From contig CAZSAD010000006.1 in assembly GCA_964604995.1 (NCBI GenBank), positions 1 through 59,768 on the forward strand: DNA of 59,768 bases. Direction: 5' to 3'. The translations under genes were made by a program, and so were the position numbers. The notes under the pieces are model-generated. The model saw only the letters and a list, made by a program, of their open reading frames with translations. It was not told where the DNA came from and searched no databases. Source of the DNA: an uncultured Methanosarcinales archaeon (GTDB lineage: Archaea > Nanobdellota > Nanobdellia > Woesearchaeales > JABMPP01). How positions within the stretch are numbered: position 1 is the stretch's first letter; each line of letters starts with the position of its first letter. Positions 19,770 to 32,100 of the stretch are shown in pieces.

Positions 19770-20336
19770 TTAACTGCAAATGTCGAGCTTAATTAATAGT
19801 GTTGATAATGTTTTGGTGCTATAGAAATATTGACTTGATCTTTTTTCTCCAAGACATTGCCCTTTGGTCTTATTCCAAATTTGATTCACTGTTTGACCAT
19901 CAGTTATAGTAACTGTGTAAACATATGCTTTTACCCACTTATCTAAAGTTTGATTAAAAATATCAGAAGTAACATTTTTCATTTCGTCGCAAGTTGTATT
20001 TGTCGCACCTGGTCTTGGATCTTTACAAAGTTTTGAACCATCATTAGAAGTAGTATCACTTGCACAATCAATCATTAAATCTGCTAAAACATTATTTTTA
20101 CAATATTGGACAGTAGTTGTAAGCATTGCACCTATTGTATTTGATGAAAGCTCGCTTTGTGTATAGACTTGTTTAGTATTTGATATTGGCTGCGATATAT
20201 TATATTTTACAACAAAAAATATTCCCAATGATAAGAATACAACTATTACAGCAACACCTAAAAGCTCCATCTGCGCTTTTTTTCCTTTTAGATTTACACC
20301 TAAATTTTTTAGTTTTATAGTTTTATTTTGTTCCAT
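19770..20336 (-). CDS. Pilin-like protein (class III signal peptide)
   Basis: GKKA|QMELLGVAVIVVFLSLGIFFVV. Confidence 0.82.
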   Translation of the reverse strand: MEQNKTIKLKNLGVNLKGKKAQMELLGVAVIVVFLSLGIFFVVKYNISQPISNTKQVYTQSELSSNTIGAMLTTTVQYCKNNVLADLMIDCASDTTSNDGSKLCKDPRPGATNTTCDEMKNVTSDIFNQTLDKWVKAYVYTVTITDGQTVNQIWNKTKGQCLGEKRSSQYFYSTKTLSTLLIKLDICS

Positions 20337-20401
20337 TGTTATCTGTTAATTTTTTGTGTAAATTATTAACTAATTATAATTAAACTAGTTTAAGTATTGA
20401 A

Positions 20402-20926
20402 TTAACTATAAGTTTGAACTTCAATTATCCCAAAGCTATAATATTCTAATTTCCCATTTGAAAGGTTTGTTGTGGGATCGCCAGTAGCATTGAATAATGC
20501 TATTGGCATTTGTGTTGCTACTTTTTTACTCCAAACAAAATTAGTATTGTTGTAAACTATCCAAGTCCTGTTAGTTGGAGGGTAAATTTCTTGAATTATA
20601 ATTGCACTCCTTAATAATTTATCATAATAATGTGCTCTGTAAGAGCCTTGTGTTTCATTAAAAGCTTCAAGTTTTAGAATATCAAAGCAATTATTAGTTG
20701 TTATTGCATCTTTAGTACATTGAATTTCTGGAAAAAATGAGAATACTTGAGCCACTTCAACTGCTTTTAAATCTTGGATTTGAGATGATTGTTCAATTAT
20801 GTTTCTTGCTTCTATTTTTGAGTAAAAAACAAAACCGAAAACTAAAAGTATAAAAAAAATGAAAAGTATTGCAATTGTTTCACTCATTCTTACTTGAGCT
20901 TTTAGTTTTGAAATATTTAGTTTCAT
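20402..20926 (-). CDS. Pilin-like protein (class III signal peptide)
   Basis: LKA|QVRMSETIAILFIFFILLVFGFVFY. Confidence 0.82.
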   Translation of the reverse strand: MKLNISKLKAQVRMSETIAILFIFFILLVFGFVFYSKIEARNIIEQSSQIQDLKAVEVAQVFSFFPEIQCTKDAITTNNCFDILKLEAFNETQGSYRAHYYDKLLRSAIIIQEIYPPTNRTWIVYNNTNFVWSKKVATQMPIALFNATGDPTTNLSNGKLEYYSFGIIEVQTYS

Positions 20927-20977
20927 TTTTTTGTTTGTTTTAATTTTGGTTGTTATTTTGTTAGTTTAGTAAATTTA

Positions 20978-22045
20978 TTAATAGATAAAAGGACAAGATG
21001 CTTTTTTTAGGAGCTGATTGTATAATCTTAAACTATCATCTGAATCCCCATAAGTTTTTTCATAAACGATTTCTAAATTGGTTTGACTACCAATTATATT
21101 TTGAATTTTAGATGCTGCTAATCCATAATATTGATTAGCACCAGAACATTCTGAATTAAAAGATCCAGTATACAAGAAAGATAATCTATCCGTTCTTAAT
21201 TGATATATCTTTGAAGTTATTTCAAATTGTTCAAATGCTTTTTTGTAAATGCAATTGTAGGTTTCAATATTATCTGTGAAGATTGCACCTTTTACTAACT
21301 CTTCTTTGATATAATTAGCTGTTCCAGCTGACACAAACTTTCCATTTAGTTTATTTTTTTTATAAAATTCCAAAGTGCCATAATTGTCAAATAAGGGATT
21401 AGATGTTAGAGTAGGTGTAATTTTAAGAGCAGTTACATCTTCATCTGGCATTGCGTTTATGTAATCTGGAAGTGTCCATAAAGTTGGATCTCCACTTGAT
21501 GTGACAAATCTAATTTGATAATTATTTGTATTTGGTAAATCTGTTGCAGAAAATGAATTATCACTTAATGCAACAACACTAGTATTAGATGGCATCAAAT
21601 ATGATAAAGAAGAAAGTGTTGAAGGAATATTGTCCACCAAAACATATTTTACATCAGGGCTTACAATATATTGAAAATTTGAAATTTTGTAAGGTAAATT
21701 CCAGTCTAAGGCCCAAAGCATAATAGTGTTACTTTGTGATTTTATTTTACTTGGTGAAAAACTTTCACCTAATTGAAAAGGTGCAGTTCCTCCGACAGAA
21801 TAACCATTGCAAGAATAAGTTATTTCAGTTTTTGGGATAGTAATAATAAAATATGTTCCAGTGCTTTGTTTTGCGCCAACTAGAATTGTACTAAGCTTTG
21901 ATTTTATGTCAATATCTCTTTTTTCATCTGAAATAGTACCTTGCCTTTGCACCAGTATAACAAAGAATGCAACAATTAAAGCTCCAGCTATTAAAATGAA
22001 TATCCAATTGAACTGTACTTCAATTACCCCTTTTTTTGATGCCAT
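20978..22045 (-). CDS. Pilin-like protein (class III signal peptide)
   Basis: SKKG|VIEVQFNWIFILIAGALIVAFFVIL. Confidence 0.8.
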   Translation of the reverse strand: MASKKGVIEVQFNWIFILIAGALIVAFFVILVQRQGTISDEKRDIDIKSKLSTILVGAKQSTGTYFIITIPKTEITYSCNGYSVGGTAPFQLGESFSPSKIKSQSNTIMLWALDWNLPYKISNFQYIVSPDVKYVLVDNIPSTLSSLSYLMPSNTSVVALSDNSFSATDLPNTNNYQIRFVTSSGDPTLWTLPDYINAMPDEDVTALKITPTLTSNPLFDNYGTLEFYKKNKLNGKFVSAGTANYIKEELVKGAIFTDNIETYNCIYKKAFEQFEITSKIYQLRTDRLSFLYTGSFNSECSGANQYYGLAASKIQNIIGSQTNLEIVYEKTYGDSDDSLRLYNQLLKKASCPFIY

Positions 22046-22100
22046 GAAATATGCTAATTGATTATTATGTAACGCTAATTGATTATTATTAATTATTTAA

Positions 22101-22598
22101 TTAAGGATTTGCATTTGAAACTTTTACTGCACCGCCAACTGCTTCTAATCTAACAGGGATTTTACCGCCTACAGATGGGATACATACAAAATTTGAATCT
22201 GGTGATATTTTTGTAACTTGAAAAGGCTCGAATGCTGATACACCTAACAAAAAAACATTGTTTTTGGAACCACTATCAAAACTATTTTTAATAAGATTGT
22301 ATTTGGGATCAAATGAAGGAGCAGGTGATGCTTCTAAATTTACAAAACACAATTCATTGAATCCTGGAGGAGCTGCTAGTCTTTTTATTTCAACTGAACC
22401 ATAATCATAAGATAATGAATCAATTGCATTTGTCAAATCATTTTTAAATTGTAAAAGGGAAACTGTATCTGTTTGAGATTTCATTTTGGTTATAGCATTA
22501 TAACCATACAACAAAATAAGTGATGTTACAACCAATGCTAATATATAGGTAAATATTTGACTAGTTGACATCTCTGCTTTGTTATTTTTTATCATCAT
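22101..22598 (-). CDS. Pilin-like protein (class III signal peptide)
   Basis: NKA|EMSTSQIFTYILALVVTSLILLYGY; SD AGGTGA. Confidence 0.8.
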   Translation of the reverse strand: MMIKNNKAEMSTSQIFTYILALVVTSLILLYGYNAITKMKSQTDTVSLLQFKNDLTNAIDSLSYDYGSVEIKRLAAPPGFNELCFVNLEASPAPSFDPKYNLIKNSFDSGSKNNVFLLGVSAFEPFQVTKISPDSNFVCIPSVGGKIPVRLEAVGGAVKVSNANP

Positions 22599-22666
22599 AT
22601 CACCTTAAGAATGATTGTTTATCATTATCAAATTTTTTATTTAATTTTTTTGATTTATTCTTTGAA

Positions 22667-25600
22667 TTATTTTTTCTTCTTTGCAATTTTATCTAATTCT
22701 TCAAATATTTTATCGCCATCTTTGAAATTTGATTTTTCAGAGGATTCATTTTCTTTATTTTTATGTGCAGGATTTTTGTTTGTGGTTGTATCTTCAGATT
22801 TAAAATCACCAAAACCTGCAAAATCAGCTATTTGGTCAAAAATATTTTTGCTTTTTTCAGGTTGTTTTTTAGGTTCATTACTTTTTAATTTTTTAACATC
22901 GACCCATTCTTCATCGTTTCCAGTTTGCGTTTTATTAGTAGATGATTGCTGTTTTTTACCATAATTTTTACCAGTGATATTGGTATTTTCATCTTCTTCT
23001 GATTCAAATTTCCTTAGTTCTTCTTTGGGAGATTTTGAAATATTTGATTTAGATGTAAATGTTTTTGAAAGAGTAACATTTGGATTAGTTTTAGAAGTGC
23101 TTTCTCCTTTTCCAAATACTGTAAAAGTATTAGATCTTGCTTTTACTTTCTCTTCTTTTTTCTTAGCAATTAATTGTTTTAATTGTGGAGAGAGTGGTTT
23201 TTGATTTGGCAAAGAGGTTCTTGATATTAATGTTGGTGATTGTGGCTTTGCTGAACCTAATTGGGATCTTTGCTGTGATGAAGATGAAAGTGGACTAGTT
23301 GATGTTTGCTGATTCATTCCTTGTAAAGAAGATAATGAATTGTATCTTGTTGCGACTCCTTGTGATTTAGATGCACCTAATTGGGATTGTCTTAATTGAG
23401 ATTGCTTTTGTTTATTTGGAGTTGCGTAATATTTATCGTATACATAATATCCCATTGCACCTAAAATACCAAGTACAATTACTATAAGCAAAAATGACAT
23501 AAAACTAAAGCCACCAGTATCATCTATTGTAGACGGAGGAATGCCACCAGTTTGATTTTTTATTGTTTCAATGTATTTTTTATAAGTTTCTTTGTAGCTC
23601 TTTCCAGTAATTGAATCTATTTTGGTTGCATCGGATGGATCAAATGGATTTAATCCGTTTTGTATTTCCCACCAATCAGGTAAACCATCACCATCAGTAT
23701 CTTTATCTGGATCATCTTTACATTTGTAACTTGCTTTATCACAATACATTGAAACGCAATCTGAATTTTTTATGCAACTAACATTATTAACACATTTATT
23801 TACACAACTGCCACCACAATCAACTCCAGATTCATCTCCATTTTTGAAAGTATCTGTGCAACTTGGAATTGAACATACTTTCAAAGGATTACAATATCCA
23901 GATGTGCATTCATTATTATTAGTGCATCCTTGCCCAAGTGGACATTTTTTATTTTGTGTTGTAAGACATTGCCCACCACAATCAATTCCTGTTTCACCGT
24001 TCCATTTATCCATAATACCATTAGAACAGGGTGAAACTACACATATTTTATTTGAACTATTGCAATAGCTTGAACCACAATCTGGATTTAAGTTACAAAT
24101 TTGACCATTGTTGCAAGTTTTATTGTATAACAAACAATTGCCACCACAATCAACATCTGTTTCTTTATTCCATGTATCAAGTTTACCATTAAGACATGGA
24201 TTTTGTATACAAATTTTATTGCTTGCATTACAATAAGTTGAAATGCAATCTTGATTGATAATGCAATCATCGCCATTAACGCATTTTTGACAAGTGCTTG
24301 TGCCACCGCAATCTATATCGGATTCTCCTTGATTTTTTACTCCATCATTGCAAGAAATTGATAAAAATGGCACATAAGAAGTATCAACTCTTATGCCATC
24401 GCTATAATCAAGTTTACTTAAACCAGCGCTATTTGTAGCATTTATTAAAAATCTATAAGAACCATTGGCTAAATCAGTTGTGCTTCCAGATAAATCTTTT
24501 GGAGTTACATAAATTATTCTACCAGAATCAGATATTGAAACTTCATACCAACTACTAATTGGTGTGCTTATATTTGCAGTTCCAATTTGTTCAATGCGAT
24601 ATCTGTAAGCGTTGTGTGAATTTATTCCAGATTCATTATCAGCTGCGAGGAAATTTATCCATAATTTATTTTGACTATTAGTTCTTTGTGGATCCGTCCC
24701 TAGGGGGGTAGAATCATTAATGTAAATAAAATAAGGAGCAGTTTTATCTGATAAAAATGAGATTGCACCAATTGCATTTTCCGCTCTGTTACTGCAATTT
24801 ACAATTATATTTTGTGTTCCAGTTTTATTGTTAAAATATGTAATTGAATGATCTACTGTAATATAACTTGTACCAAGATAACTACCATCTGAATTAAAGA
24901 AACTGCAATTAGTTACTTTATTTGTTGTCGCAGTTAAAAGCAAATAGGCATCAGAAAATGCTCCTGTTGGACCAGTTGAAGTTATTTGTAAAGGTAGTGA
25001 TGAATTTATATATATTGAGATTGATTGAGCTATTGTGTGTTGCGGTGGAGTATTTTGATCTTCGCATGCTACAAAATAATTATAATTGCCTTCTAAATCA
25101 TATGTAAAATTTTGTTTGTTTATTATTGAATAGGAACTTGTGCTTGAAAATGTTGATGAAACTGGCATATCTTCGTATCCTTTTGCAGATGTATCATATC
25201 TACAATTTGTAGGTTTACTTGTTGTTACAGATAATGTTGATTTAAGTAAACACTGTCCTCCAGAATAAACACAATCAGAAACTGGATTGGGTGTTGCAAT
25301 TAAACTAGTGATTACTGGTGGAGTTGTATCAACACTAAAATAGAATAAGAATTTGCCATCATCTCCAAGTAGTTGACCATAGCTCGTATTACATATTACA
25401 TACATTTTTTGAATTGTAATAGATGGATTTATTGTAAAATTAGAGATTTTATGCAATGTTTCAGAAGTTGTATCAAAATTATTGTAAGCTGACCATATTT
25501 TTGGAACAAAATCTAAACTATATTTGCAAGTTGCATTTTGAGATGTAGAAAATGTGATTGGAAAAGAACGATTTTGTGAAAATCCGTATCTTGGAGTTAC

Positions 25601-26116
25601 TAGTTGAACTACAAAAGAGAAATTTACATTAAAATCTTTAGTTGTAAGTCCGATATTATTTAAAAAATCTTTTGCATATAGCTGAAAATGATAGTTATCT
25701 TGAACAAGATCATTTACTGGTCTAAAAAGATAGGTTGTGTTGTCAATATTTTGGATTTGTACTAAAGATAAATTTTCATTATCCAAATATTTTGTTAATT
25801 GCCAAGATATTAATGAAACTGGCTCAGCAAATCTTACTTTAAGAGTTGGCTTTGGATTACTTGTTGATATTAAAAGAGGTGAATCAGATATTACATTGTA
25901 ACTTAAAATAGAAGTCATCAAAATAATTATTGAAAAAATAAAAAAAAGCTTTATTTTTGGATTAAATGTTGTTTTTGAATTTTTTATTGAATTTGAAGCT
26001 GAAGCTTTTGGAACTGATGCTTTTGAAACTAATGATTTGAAAACTACTAAGTTAGATTGGTATTTATTTTTATTAAATTGTTCCAATGATTTCAAGTTCT
26101 TTTTTGTATGTGTCAT
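22667..26116 (-). CDS. Membrane-anchored surface protein: Ig domains, four Cys-rich CxxxxxxxxxE(S/T)xxDCGG repeats, DxDxDG motif, TM, long disordered cytoplasmic tail
   Basis: CNDGVKNQGESDIDCGG, ETDVDCGG, ETGIDCGG, ESGVDCGG; DTDGDGLPDWWE; TM FLLIVIVLGILGAMGYYVY; S/Q/K-rich tail. Confidence 0.85.
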   Translation of the reverse strand: MTHTKKNLKSLEQFNKNKYQSNLVVFKSLVSKASVPKASASNSIKNSKTTFNPKIKLFFIFSIIILMTSILSYNVISDSPLLISTSNPKPTLKVRFAEPVSLISWQLTKYLDNENLSLVQIQNIDNTTYLFRPVNDLVQDNYHFQLYAKDFLNNIGLTTKDFNVNFSFVVQLVTPRYGFSQNRSFPITFSTSQNATCKYSLDFVPKIWSAYNNFDTTSETLHKISNFTINPSITIQKMYVICNTSYGQLLGDDGKFLFYFSVDTTPPVITSLIATPNPVSDCVYSGGQCLLKSTLSVTTSKPTNCRYDTSAKGYEDMPVSSTFSSTSSYSIINKQNFTYDLEGNYNYFVACEDQNTPPQHTIAQSISIYINSSLPLQITSTGPTGAFSDAYLLLTATTNKVTNCSFFNSDGSYLGTSYITVDHSITYFNNKTGTQNIIVNCSNRAENAIGAISFLSDKTAPYFIYINDSTPLGTDPQRTNSQNKLWINFLAADNESGINSHNAYRYRIEQIGTANISTPISSWYEVSISDSGRIIYVTPKDLSGSTTDLANGSYRFLINATNSAGLSKLDYSDGIRVDTSYVPFLSISCNDGVKNQGESDIDCGGTSTCQKCVNGDDCIINQDCISTYCNASNKICIQNPCLNGKLDTWNKETDVDCGGNCLLYNKTCNNGQICNLNPDCGSSYCNSSNKICVVSPCSNGIMDKWNGETGIDCGGQCLTTQNKKCPLGQGCTNNNECTSGYCNPLKVCSIPSCTDTFKNGDESGVDCGGSCVNKCVNNVSCIKNSDCVSMYCDKASYKCKDDPDKDTDGDGLPDWWEIQNGLNPFDPSDATKIDSITGKSYKETYKKYIETIKNQTGGIPPSTIDDTGGFSFMSFLLIVIVLGILGAMGYYVYDKYYATPNKQKQSQLRQSQLGASKSQGVATRYNSLSSLQGMNQQTSTSPLSSSSQQRSQLGSAKPQSPTLISRTSLPNQKPLSPQLKQLIAKKKEEKVKARSNTFTVFGKGESTSKTNPNVTLSKTFTSKSNISKSPKEELRKFESEEDENTNITGKNYGKKQQSSTNKTQTGNDEEWVDVKKLKSNEPKKQPEKSKNIFDQIADFAGFGDFKSEDTTTNKNPAHKNKENESSEKSNFKDGDKIFEELDKIAKKKK

Positions 26117-26176
26117 TTTATTTTGTGTTGATATTTTTTTATTGTTGTAATTATTATTGTAGTAATTTTAATAGTT

Positions 26177-29100
26177 TTAATCCTCAATAGTTACTATTCC
26201 AGTTGGACCCATTGTTCTAAGAGTAATATCTCCATTATATATACCAGGATAAGTGCTAAGTTCACTAGTGGATACTATTGTGAAATTGTTTTTCCCTTCA
26301 ATTAAAGTAAAGGATTTATTGAAAAATATAGTACCATTATTTGGATAGGATAACACATTTATTATCGAACCATTATTTAGTGTAAGATTTGCTGATGTTA
26401 TTTGCGATTTTGATTTCATTATTGCTGCAATGTAAGTTTGTGGATTTCTTATAATTTGACCAGTGGTAGTTGGACTTAACATAATTATTTGTGGTGAATT
26501 TGTATCTACATAAAATTTGTAAGTGAATTTTTTACTTCTGCCAAGTATGTCAACAGGAGTTACTTCAATTGTATAATTACCTTGACTTAAAGGTGAAATT
26601 TGAGGATTTAACTGTAAAGTGAGTTGCACATTTCCATAGCTTTGTAAAGTGCCTGCATTTGAAATTAAACCTGAAGAGTTGAATAATTGGATTGTTGATT
26701 GATTGAAATTTATACCTATATTGTAATCGCTTCCGAGTAAAGCTGTTATTTCGCTAATTGTCATTCCGTTTAATGTTCCATTTTGAGGAATGGTTAAAAA
26801 TACCCATGGATAATTTGTAGTGTATGTAACATTAACTGAATCTGAATTTACATTTCCCGCTAAATCAGTTGCTTCAACTTTTATAATATGTAATCCTTTG
26901 CCAAATGGCTGGAAGTTTAACATAATATTATTGAATGTTGTTCCAAAAATTTTATTTACTGTAACTGGAACACCATCAATGTATACTTTAATTGTTGAAT
27001 TTGTTTCTGCACTTCCTTGAAGCATTATTTGTTCAGTTTCAAATGCCATATTAGGTGTTGGATAGAGGATTATTGGTTTTTCACCTATTGTATCAACTGT
27101 AAAGCTTACTGTAACTATTGGACTTTGTTTTGATGGACTTGTAAGAGTGTTACAATCAATTGAATAGGTATGATAACCATCAGTTAGATCATTTAATGGT
27201 AAAGTATGATTAAATGCACCAGTCATTGGATTTGAAAACCCAAGGAATTTTCTTATTGCAAGTATAAATGAATTAGATAAATCATCTCTTGCAGTGCATG
27301 TTGAATTAAGATTAGTTGTAACATATAAATCTAAATTCTTGTTTTTTGTTATACCTGATGGTCCTTTAAGTAAAATTTCAAGCGGCCAACTAATTGCAAT
27401 ATCAACATTTACAACTCCAACATTTGAGGATATACTACCTGTTAGATCTTTACAAACAACATAGAAAGTGTATCTTCCATTTTCTGCTTGTGTGAAATCA
27501 CTTGTTCTTAAGATTTTAGTGTGTATTGTCTCAAATCCACCATTGTCAAAGGATCTTCCTATTTGATATGCTGTTTCTTTATCAACTAGATTATCAATAT
27601 ACATAACTGAACTTGAGTTTAATACATAAACACAATTTGCAAGTTCATTTGTTTTAGCAGTTAAAATAGTTAGAGGATCAGTTGCTTGGAGTATTGGATT
27701 TGGCAGAGCAAATGCATCTGTTATTATTGGAGAGGATATATCAATATGTAATTTCATTATTTTTTCATTTAAATTACCTAAAGAGTCAACACATGAAAGT
27801 TTAAAGTCGTATACGTTGCCAGATTCTAAAGAATATTGATACAAGAAATTATGCTCCATGGACCAAGAATTGTATTCTTGTATAATTTCACCATCAGTTA
27901 ATTTTTGTATTGTACATTTAGCTGATTTATCTGTTTGTAATTTTACAACAATATTTTGAGTGAGTGATGTATAAGCATCAAATGTTCCTGACAGTGTTGA
28001 TGGAGTTATTATATTTATTTGTGGAAGAGTATTATCACTTATTATGCTAAAAGTAAAAGTTGACTGCGCATTAATTGAATTTGTTGCTATAATTTTTACA
28101 TCATTGTTTCCTTGTTGTAATAATACATTTTTGAATGTGAATTTACCATTTGCATCTGTTTGAATTGATGCAATTAAAATTTGATTGACAAATAAATTCA
28201 CATTAGTTTTGTTAGTTAATCCTTGAGTTGAAATTGCAGTTCCTGAAACATTAATTAGTCTTTCTTTTGTACTGAAAGGCAAAGTAATTGGGTATGCAAT
28301 TGTAATTTGTGGCAATGAACTGTCTTTGATTATATGTATAATAGCTAAATTATTGTTGTTTGCTTTATCGACAATTGTTGCAATAATAGTGTTATTTCCT
28401 TCAACTAATCCAATTGCTTTACTGAAAGATAAGTCTGATGAAATATCTGCAGTTACAATTTCACCTGTAAGAATATTTTTTATTTTAATTGCACCTTGAT
28501 CAATTGGATAATTATCATCATAACTGCCAATTATTTCTACGCTGTCTTCTTTAGTTATTGTTTGTGTATTCAATATGTTAATTGTCGGAACAGTTGTATC
28601 TAATTTTATTCTTGCAACAAGAGAAGAATACATTCCAATATTATCTTTAGCATATGCTAAAATTAAATTATCGCCAGATTGTAATGTTATTGATTGTGTA
28701 AAAAGAGGTGTTGGTGATAAATAGTAATTTATTGAGTTGTGTGTTAAATATGTTTCAATTAAGGATTTGCCAGATGCTGCCTGCATTTTTCCAGTTACTT
28801 CTATATTAGTTAAATTTGTGTAACTTAAACTTTCAGAAGGATAATCTATTGCAACTAAAGGTACTGAACTATTAATTTGGAATGTTGAACTTGATTCAAC
28901 ATAATTGTGAGCTAAATCAAAGATTTTAGCTTTTATTATATAGCTACCATTATCTAAATTATTTAAAGCTGTAAAAGTAAATTTGCCATTTGCATCATTT
29001 GTTAGCGTACCATTAATTAAAATTGAGGTTACTACATTTTTCAGTTCGAGAGTAGATAGAGAATAATCTATTCCGCTTCCACCCATGTCATCAGTTGAAT

Positions 29101-32100
29101 ATACTAAAACTTTGTCAACTTCTTTTAGCCAACTACCTGATGATGGATTGAACCATTCAATAGATGGTTTTATTGTATCAAGTTTTACAATTGATGCAAC
29201 TTCAATACTATTACTTACTTCATCTTGCGCTTTTATTTTTATTTCGTGATTTCCATCTGAGGATAATACAACTGAATCTTCAAATGCGTTATTGAAAATT
29301 CTTAATTCTTTGACTAGTATATTATCAAGATATAACATGGCTCTTGAAGCATCAGTTGAGCCAACTAACCTTATTTTTGAATCATTTGTTAATGTTGGAA
29401 TATTGAAATTTAAGCTTGGTGGGATTGAATCTTGAGAAATTGAAGTCGACAAATAAGTTTCTCTTCCTGCTTTATCCGTTATTTTTAAATTTAAAGTATT
29501 TTGGGTATTTTTTGTAAGAGCAAGATTATTGAAATTGAAAGTACCAACATCATTTGCATTAGGTCCATAAGATATGATTTGATACTCGGGGGATAATAAT
29601 TCAATTTTATCAATAAAGATTTCATTATATGTTCCTTGAATATCAATAAGTGTTGAATTAGTAATACTTGGTAGTGCATTCAAAGTTATGGAAGGCAAAT
29701 CAGTGTCAACATAAAATTTTGATAGGTATACTATAGAATTTCCTAAAGTATCTGTTATACTAAATATTATCTTAGTCTCACCATCTAATTGTACTGCAGC
29801 ATTTTTAAATTTAAATGTCTGATTCATAATATTTTCAATTTGTTGCAAATTGTAATTTCCATTTTTGTCTTCAACTCTTACAGTAATATTTTTTAAAGGT
29901 TTATTAAATGAGATTACAACTGTTGGAGTTATATCAGTAATATATGATTGAAAGGTCGGAGTAAGAGAAGTGATAGATGGTGCATTTGGATCAAAGTAAA
30001 ATTGCCAATTTCTTAAACCAAAATTTGAAACTAAATCATACATATTTGCATCCATTTGATATAATTTAGAAGTTCCATCAATTGAAGGAGTTAAACCTTG
30101 AGTATAAACATATGTCAATGTACCAAAATTATTGTTCCCAACATAATTTGCAAAATATCTAATTAAATCAATTGTAATTTTTCCAGATGATGTGTTTAAA
30201 CCTGAACCATAATCAGATGCTTGAGCTGAAAATATTGGGTTATAATCATTTATTGTTGTACCATCCATTGGATAGTATTCTTCAATTAATGGAGTTAAAG
30301 AATCATGAAGAACTGTAATTTTTTGTGACTGCGCATAATTATTAAATCCATCATAAGCTACTGCATAAATTTGAGTATTACCATTGCTTGCGATTTGCAT
30401 TTGTGTTTGGAAGGTTGTTCCAGTTATTGAGAGATTTTTAGTTAGTCCATTTGCATACAACATGATATAGTTAGTATCTGAACTAACTGTTCCATTTATT
30501 GTAACATAGTTAGGATTGTTGTTAGTATTGAAAATTTGACCATTTATAGGATATTCTATTAAAGGAGTTTGTGGAGGGATATTGTCTAATTCTATCACAA
30601 TATTGGTTGATGCATAGTTTCCAGCTTTATCTTTTGCAACAAGAGTTATATTATTTATTCCTGACTGTAAAGAAACTAGCTCTGCTAGATTTTGATAAGA
30701 GCCCGGTGAAAAGTATCTTGCAATTAAAACACCATTTGATTTTAATTCTACAAAATCAGGATAATTTTCTTCATAAGCAAAAGATACAAATTCAACACTT
30801 TGTCCTGTTCTATGATTTGGAGTATTTATATTAACAATTGGTGAGGCAGTATCTACAATAAATAATTTAGATGCACTAACAATTGATGTTGGTGAAGATG
30901 GTTTATGTGTAATGATTGTAAAATTATGCAATCCATTCCAAAGCGAAGTAGTGTTGAAAACTAAAATTCGTCCATTGTTAAATTTAGGGATTAATTCTAA
31001 ACCATCAAGCTTTGCAGAATCTAATAAAATTGATTCAGTATAAGATACATTTATTTCTTGCATAAATTCTAAAGTATGACCTGAATTTTCATTCTTTATT
31101 CTAATTTGAACTACTGGCAAAGAATTATCTACTTTGTAATTTATTTTTTTGGTTGCTAAATTTCCAACATTGTCTTTTAATTTTATTTCAATACTATGAT
31201 CTCCTTCTAGAGTATCTAAGACTGAATAAGTTAGAGAGGTTGAAGATATACTATCTGGAAGCACTAAAGTATTATTGTAAAATAATTGTATACTTGACAA
31301 ATCAATACCGGATAAACCCATATCATTGTAATCAAATTTGACCCTAATTCCTTGACCATTCCTAATATCTCCATCAGAGATTGTTGAATAAGTTGAATCA
31401 AGATAAATTACTGGTTGGAAAGTATCTAAAATAATTTGGCGCATGTATTTTTCAATATAGTTGCCAGCGATATCAACTGCTTTAAGAATAATATTATTAA
31501 CCCCACTGTTTAAAGGAATGTTGTTAATATCAAAAGCACCATTAATTCTTGAATTTTCATAAACATTAACAGTAGTATCTTTTGTTGCACCTGCTCTTAA
31601 GGAAGGTTGCAAAGTTAATTGTGTCATTGAGGGAGATGAGGTGTATGTTTTTGATAATATTTTATATTCTCCTCTTTGAGAAATTAATTCTAAATATTGA
31701 TATTTGGTATCTCTTAAATCTCCAAGAACAATTATTTTATTATCGTTTGCGTAATAATCGTTTTGCAATGCTGTTTGTAATGGCAAATTAGATGTATAGT
31801 AAAGAATACCATTATAAGGTCCATTTGTAATATTTCCAACAATATTTCTAGCAAAAATTTGTGAGGCTGAATAAACTACACCAGCTATGTTAACAGTTGT
31901 ATTTGCTGTGTACAAAGGCAATTCGTCTGCATAAATAGATGTTGGACCAATTGTATCTATGTAAACATTATAATCAAATGACCATGCACCAATATTTCCA
32001 GCAAAATCGATTGGCCTTATTCTAAAGGTGTATTTTATATTTCCATTTGATAGATGGAATGTTTTGGATTTATCAGATGTGTATCCATTATTTATAATCA

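Noticed and set aside
5400..22598. Complete type IV pilus or archaellum operon
   Set aside because: No assembly ATPase, TadC/ArlJ membrane platform or prepilin peptidase is present in the window; only subunits and cargo are seen.
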